NCBI RefSeq assembly: GCF_000007145.1
Contig: NC_003902.1
Span: forward strand, 3,296,497-3,328,496
Direction of reading: 5' to 3'
DNA: 32,000 nucleotides
Source: Xanthomonas campestris pv. campestris str. ATCC 33913
GTDB taxonomy: Bacteria; Pseudomonadota; Gammaproteobacteria; Xanthomonadales; Xanthomonadaceae
This document shows positions 28,609-32,000 of this stretch, piece after piece; position 1 is the first letter of the stretch; every line of letters begins with the position of its first letter. A program made the position numbers and the translations under genes. The notes below the pieces were generated by a model, which was not told the origin of the DNA, did not search any database, and worked only from the letters and a program-made list of their open reading frames with translations.

Positions 28609-28851
28609 ACAGGTTCTAAGAGCGGCCATCAAAAAGACTGCGCAGCCGCCAGGCGGCCGCGGCCGGTGCTCGAAATCGGCATGTACCCCCACACACGCCG
28701 GTTCCTCCGCGCCGCACGCACCCACCTGGCGACTGCTCGCTACTTTGTTAGCCAGCTCTAAGTGTCCAAGCGCGCTCGTCTGCGGAACCGCGCGGTCTTC
28801 GGCATATCTACCAAGGCCAGCAAGCCGCAGCCCTGCCGGGTTACACCCTGC

Positions 28852-29793
28852 TCAGACGGCGCGATTGGCCAGCGCCGAGGGACGCGTCAGTTGCCCGCCT
28901 GGCCACGGGCTGTGGTCGTCGAGGAAGTTGCCGACCAGGCGCATGCAGGCCTCGCGCTCTTCCACATGCGGCATGTGGCTGGAGTTGGGGAAGACATGCC
29001 AGCGCGCATCGGGAATCAACCGTGCGTAAGGCTCCACGGTTTCCGGCGTGGCTTCATCGTATTTGCCGGACAGCACCAGCGTCGGCGCGGTGATGCGGTG
29101 CAGGCGTTCGATGATGCTCCAGTTGCGCAGGCTGCCCACCACGTGGAATTCGGTGGGGCCGTTCATCGCGTGGTAGACGGTGGGATCGGCATCGATCGCG
29201 GCAAAGGTGAGCGCCACCTCCGCAGGCCACGGCAGCACGCGGCACACGTGCTGTGCGTAGAACGCCTGCGTGGCGGCGCGGTAGGCGGGCGAATCCAGGG
29301 TGCCGGCGGCTTCATGTTCGTCCAGGGCGGCCTGTACGGGCTCGGGCAGGCGCGCGCGCAGGCGCAGCGCGGCGGCCCGCCACAAGCCCATCGACGCGGG
29401 CGAGTTGGCGATGACCAGTGCGCGCAGTCCGGCAGGGCGGCGCACCGCGTGTTCGGCGGCCAGCATGCCGCCCCACGACTGGCCCAGCAGCGCGTACTGT
29501 GCCAGTCCGAGATGGCTGATCAGCGCCTGCAGCTCATCCAGGAACAGGCCCACCGTCCAGAAGCTGGGGTCGGCATTGGGCAGATGGGTGGAATGGCCGT
29601 TGCCCAATTGGTCGTAGTGAATGACCGCGCGGCCGCTGCCGGCCAGATCGGTAAAGCTGTCGACGTAGTCGTGCGTGCAGCCCGGGCCGCCATGCAGCAC
29701 GATCAGCGGGCACGCATCGCTGTGCAGGTCGCCGGTGATGCGGTACCAGGTGCGATAGCCGCGAAATTCGACGAAACCCTCGGTGCACTGCAT
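28852..29793 (-). CDS. pip: Proline iminopeptidase (prolyl aminopeptidase, alpha/beta hydrolase)
   Basis: 313 aa [23 protein letters not shown]...[15 protein letters not shown]...[15 protein letters not shown] (GxSxG)...SGKYDEATP...SSHMPHVEE. It lies next to a LuxR-solo gene with a lux box in its promoter, the arrangement described for Xanthomonas xccR/pip. Confidence 0.92.
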   Translation of the reverse strand: MQCTEGFVEFRGYRTWYRITGDLHSDACPLIVLHGGPGCTHDYVDSFTDLAGSGRAVIHYDQLGNGHSTHLPNADPSFWTVGLFLDELQALISHLGLAQYALLGQSWGGMLAAEHAVRRPAGLRALVIANSPASMGLWRAAALRLRARLPEPVQAALDEHEAAGTLDSPAYRAATQAFYAQHVCRVLPWPAEVALTFAAIDADPTVYHAMNGPTEFHVVGSLRNWSIIERLHRITAPTLVLSGKYDEATPETVEPYARLIPDARWHVFPNSSHMPHVEEREACMRLVGNFLDDHSPWPGGQLTRPSALANRAV

Positions 29794-29855
29794 GACCTGC
29801 GCCCACTTACGGCAATGAGAGCGGCGAGCCTACCCAGCGCAGCGGGTCGGGATAA

Positions 29856-29871
29856 CTGGCAAATTTGCCAG
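29856..29871. promoter_or_regulatory. lux-box-type operator in the pip promoter (perfect 16-bp palindrome CTGGCAAATTTGCCAG)
   Basis: The perfect dyad lies 62 nt upstream of the pip ATG. A TAGGCT -10-like hexamer (29832-29827, minus strand) lies 23 nt downstream of the dyad. That geometry matches LuxR-type class II activation, where the box replaces the -35. Confidence 0.8.
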
Positions 29872-30231
29872 GTTAGCCATGCATCTTGAGGCATAACAGA
29901 TCCTCGGACGCCGTCGCGCTGCGAATGCCCGCGCCCTTGGTGCCTGGGCTAAACAGCTTGATGCGTGCTTGGCCAGTTGCGCTGATTGCCTGCGCCAATC
30001 GTGGACACCACGACTCGTTCAATCTGACGATGGAGACCGCGTGCCGTCAGCGTCCACGTTAAGTGCGATGACACCGGTTGGCAATTGCGAAACGCGCGAA
30101 TTGCGACACCGTCGTGCGTGCGAGGTGCCATGAGGCCGGCATGCGAACACCGGTCTGCCAGCGCTCCCCGAACATGAGCAACCACGCCCGCGCCAACGAC
30201 GCGGCCGACAAACCCGACCAACTGAGCCTTC

Positions 30232-31008
30232 CTACAACTCCAGCAGCCGGTAATGCATGCCGCGTACCACCGCTTCCACGCGATTGCGTGCGCCCAGTTT
30301 GCGGGCCGCCGAATTCAGATGCAGGTTCACGGTGGCCGTGGAGCGGTTGAGCGTGGCGGCAATGCTCTTGGCAGTCATGCCCTTGGCCGAGTACTGCAGG
30401 CATTCGCGCTCGCGGCGGGTCAAGGCGATGTGGTGGCAGCGGCGCTCCTGCGGATCGAGCAGTTCCTGCGCGCGTGCCTGAAAGGCATGCGCCAGCAGCA
30501 GGAACGGCGGCAGCTGGGCTTCGGCCAGGCGTGGGGCCTCGGCCTGGGTGGCATTGACTGCCGCGCTGAAGGTCGCAAACGCGCCGCCGGGCAGGTGCAG
30601 TGGCACGGTGACACCGGTGCCCATATCGCTGTCGCACAGGTAGCGGGTGACTTGCCGATGCTGGTCGCCCACGTATTCCACGCCCTCGGTGCGGCCTTCG
30701 GTGCGGCCTTCGGTGCGGTACGACCACACGAACGGCGTGGTGCGGCGGGTGGCGCGCTGCTGCACCGGGTCGTTCTGGTAATAGCCGTGTTCGCACCAGA
30801 CGTTGTGCATGTCGTCGGGCGCATTGCGCTGCAGGAACACCGACGGGGTGATCAACGCGCCCTCCATGCTCAGCGGCACCGGCGCGTAGTCGTACACCAG
30901 CGACTGGAATCCCTGCGCGCAGACATCGCGAAACACCCGGTCCAGGCAGGCATTGAGCGTCTCGCGGGCCTGGAGATCGCGGCCCAGGCTGGCCAATGTG
31001 TCAAACAT
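30232..31008 (-). CDS. xccR: LuxR-family 'solo' regulator of the plant-signal-responsive XccR/OryR/XagR type (autoinducer-binding domain plus C-terminal HTH)
   Basis: The internal ATG 31008 of track ORF 30232..31080 gives 258 aa: MFDTLASLGRDLQARETLNACLDRVF...LVYDYAPVP...YYQNDPV...PFVWSY... (ligand domain) and LTRRERECLQYSAKGMTAKSIAATLNRSTATVNLHLNSAARKLGARNRVEAV (LuxR HTH). No luxI-type gene is in the window. The gene name is by analogy with X. campestris; orthologues carry other names. Confidence 0.9.
   Translation of the reverse strand: MFDTLASLGRDLQARETLNACLDRVFRDVCAQGFQSLVYDYAPVPLSMEGALITPSVFLQRNAPDDMHNVWCEHGYYQNDPVQQRATRRTTPFVWSYRTEGRTEGRTEGVEYVGDQHRQVTRYLCDSDMGTGVTVPLHLPGGAFATFSAAVNATQAEAPRLAEAQLPPFLLLAHAFQARAQELLDPQERRCHHIALTRRERECLQYSAKGMTAKSIAATLNRSTATVNLHLNSAARKLGARNRVEAVVRGMHYRLLEL
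30682..30717 (-). repeat. In-frame 12-bp tandem repeat x3 inside the LuxR-solo gene (encodes RTEG-RTEG-RTEG)
   Basis: The minus strand reads CGCACCGAAGGC CGCACCGAAGGC CGCACCGAGGGC. The plus strand has GCCTTCGGTGCG at 30706-30717 and 30694-30705, and GCCCTCGGTGCG at 30682-30693. Confidence 0.95.
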
Positions 31009-31039
31009 GGTGCATGTCCTTCGGTGCCGGCGACTGCCA

Positions 31040-31054
31040 CTGGATGACATCCAG
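31040..31054. promoter_or_regulatory. Second lux-box-like palindrome (CTGGATG-A-CATCCAG) in the xccR / permease divergent region
   Basis: Perfect 7+1+7 dyad with 31 nt between it and the xccR ATG, and 143 nt between it and the divergent permease ATG. It shares the outer CTGG...CCAG arms with the pip lux box. No functional evidence. Confidence 0.35.
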
Positions 31055-31197
31055 CATGGAAAACCTAGCATTTTTACCAATGGATGGGCTCGCCGGGCGC
31101 TTTATGTTCACAATGCCGGGCAACACCCGCCCCACGGCACTGGCCGCGCGCCAGCGCCGCCAGGCACCGCCCGGCCCTCCCCTCAGCGGATATCTGC

Positions 31198-32000
31198 ATG
31201 ACCGACACCCCAGGCCGCAGCGACGCGGCCACGCTGGAACGCTTCGGCTACGCCCAGGAACTCAAGCGGCAGCTCAGCCTGAAGGACCTGCTGATCTATG
31301 GCCTGGTGTTCATGGTGCCGACCGCGCCGTTCTCGATCTTCGGCGGGGTATTCGACATCAGCGCGGGAATGGTGCCGCTGACCTATCTGGTGGGCTTCGT
31401 GGCAATGCTGTTCACCGCACTGAGCTACCAGCAGATGTCGCAGGCGTTTCCGGTGGCCGGTTCGGTGTATGCGTATGTGGGGCGCGGCTTGAGCGGCGGC
31501 ATGGGATTTCTGGCCGGCTGGGCCATCCTGCTGGACTATCTACTGGTACCCACCCTGATCTACGTGGTCGGCGCCAACGCCATGCACAACGTGCTGCCCC
31601 AGGTGCCGCAGCCCGCGTGGATCGCCTTCTTCGTGGTGCTCAACACGGTGGTCAATCTGCGCGGCATCGAGACCACTGCGCGTGCCAACCGCTTCTTCCT
31701 GTATGCGCAGCTCATCGTGCTGGCGCTGTTCGTGGTGCTGGCGACACTGGCCATCCAGCGCGGCGTCAACGGTGCGCAGTGGACCCTGCGCCCGTTCTAC
31801 AACCCGCAGGCATTTTCGCCGCAGTTGATTTTCAGTGCACTGTCGGTGGCGGTGGTGTCGTTCCTGGGCTTCGATGCGATCTCCACGCTGTCGGAGGAAG
31901 CCCGCGGCGGCAACCGGGTGGTCGGACGCGCGACGCTGTTGGCGTTGGTGCTGGTGGCCGGCCTGTTCGTGCTGCAGACCTGGCTGGCAGCGTTGCTGCA
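31198..32000 (+). CDS. APC-superfamily amino acid/polyamine permease (PuuP-like), N-terminal part (runs off the window end)
   Basis: Manual translation from ATG 31198: MTDTPGRSDAATLERFGYAQELKRQLSLKDLLIYGLVFMVPTAPFSIFGGVFDISAGMVPLTYLVGFVAMLFTALSYQQMSQAFPVAGSVYAYVGRG..., an APC-family N-terminus with successive TM segments. It is not in the ORF track because there is no stop in the window. Confidence 0.85.
   Translation, partial: MTDTPGRSDAATLERFGYAQELKRQLSLKDLLIYGLVFMVPTAPFSIFGGVFDISAGMVPLTYLVGFVAMLFTALSYQQMSQAFPVAGSVYAYVGRGLSGGMGFLAGWAILLDYLLVPTLIYVVGANAMHNVLPQVPQPAWIAFFVVLNTVVNLRGIETTARANRFFLYAQLIVLALFVVLATLAIQRGVNGAQWTLRPFYNPQAFSPQLIFSALSVAVVSFLGFDAISTLSEEARGGNRVVGRATLLALVLVAGLFVLQTWLAALL

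Larger units (their letters stand above)
27768..28616 (+). mobile_element. Intact 849-bp IS5-family insertion sequence (IS427/IS1031-like group) with 18-bp perfect terminal inverted repeats and a 3-bp TAA target-site duplication
   Basis: The left IR GAACCTGTTCACGATCTT (27768-27785) is the reverse complement of 28599-28616. It is flanked by TAA at 27765-27767 and 28617-28619, consistent with the TNA duplications typical of this IS group. It contains the two overlapping transposase ORFs. Confidence 0.9.

Noticed and set aside
28631-28660. Possible terminator for pip (GCCGC-CTG-GCGGC followed, after 9 nt, by TTTTT on the minus strand).
   Set aside because: The stem is only 5 bp with a 3-nt loop, the U-tract is not adjacent, and the site lies more than 200 nt from the pip stop. 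Not convincing.
29949-30221. 90-aa minus-strand ORF in the xccR-pip spacer.
   Set aside because: It has no RBS, no recognisable motif and an atypical composition (MVGFVGRVVGAGVVAHVRG…). It probably arose by chance in GC-rich spacer DNA.

Overview
High-GC segment whose gene content and order match a Xanthomonas-type (Xanthomonadaceae) chromosome. About 80% is densely packed core genome. From the left: an AI-2E permease (partial) and a DUF2066-like gene lie divergent from purM, a small membrane protein, purN and two tandem DUF3108 paralogs. On the minus strand sit ibaG, murA and a small EF-hand membrane protein. The conserved kdsD-kdsC-lptC-lptA-lptB-rpoN-hpf-ptsN-hprK-rapZ block follows. After a 507-bp gap come genes for EIIA(Man-type), HPr/NPr and Enzyme I, then mgtE, a lipoprotein esterase, a short-form (CIO-like) cydAB oxidase and an amino-acid permease. 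The right-hand ~6.5 kb (25.6-32 kb) looks more accessory and plant-associated. It holds a PL1 pectate lyase, ~1 kb with no credible ORF, an intact 849-bp IS5-family element with a TAA target duplication, and the pip / LuxR-solo (XccR/OryR-type) pair. A perfect 16-bp lux-box palindrome lies in the pip promoter region, and a divergent APC permease (partial) ends the window. I found no tRNA, rRNA or CRISPR array and no convincing undescribed multi-gene system. The best leads are small-scale. (1) A second lux-box-like palindrome lies just upstream of the LuxR-solo gene. (2) An in-frame 12-bp x3 tandem repeat (RTEG x3) sits inside the LuxR-solo ligand-binding domain. (3) A 507-bp ORF-free spacer opening with a (GGGAATC)n microsatellite follows rapZ. 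(4) A periplasm-facing single-EF-hand membrane protein is translationally coupled to murA. (5) The degenerate kilobase next to the IS carries a triple GCATGC array. All calls come from reading the sequence and ORF translations; no database search was possible, so family names rest on recognised motifs and synteny.
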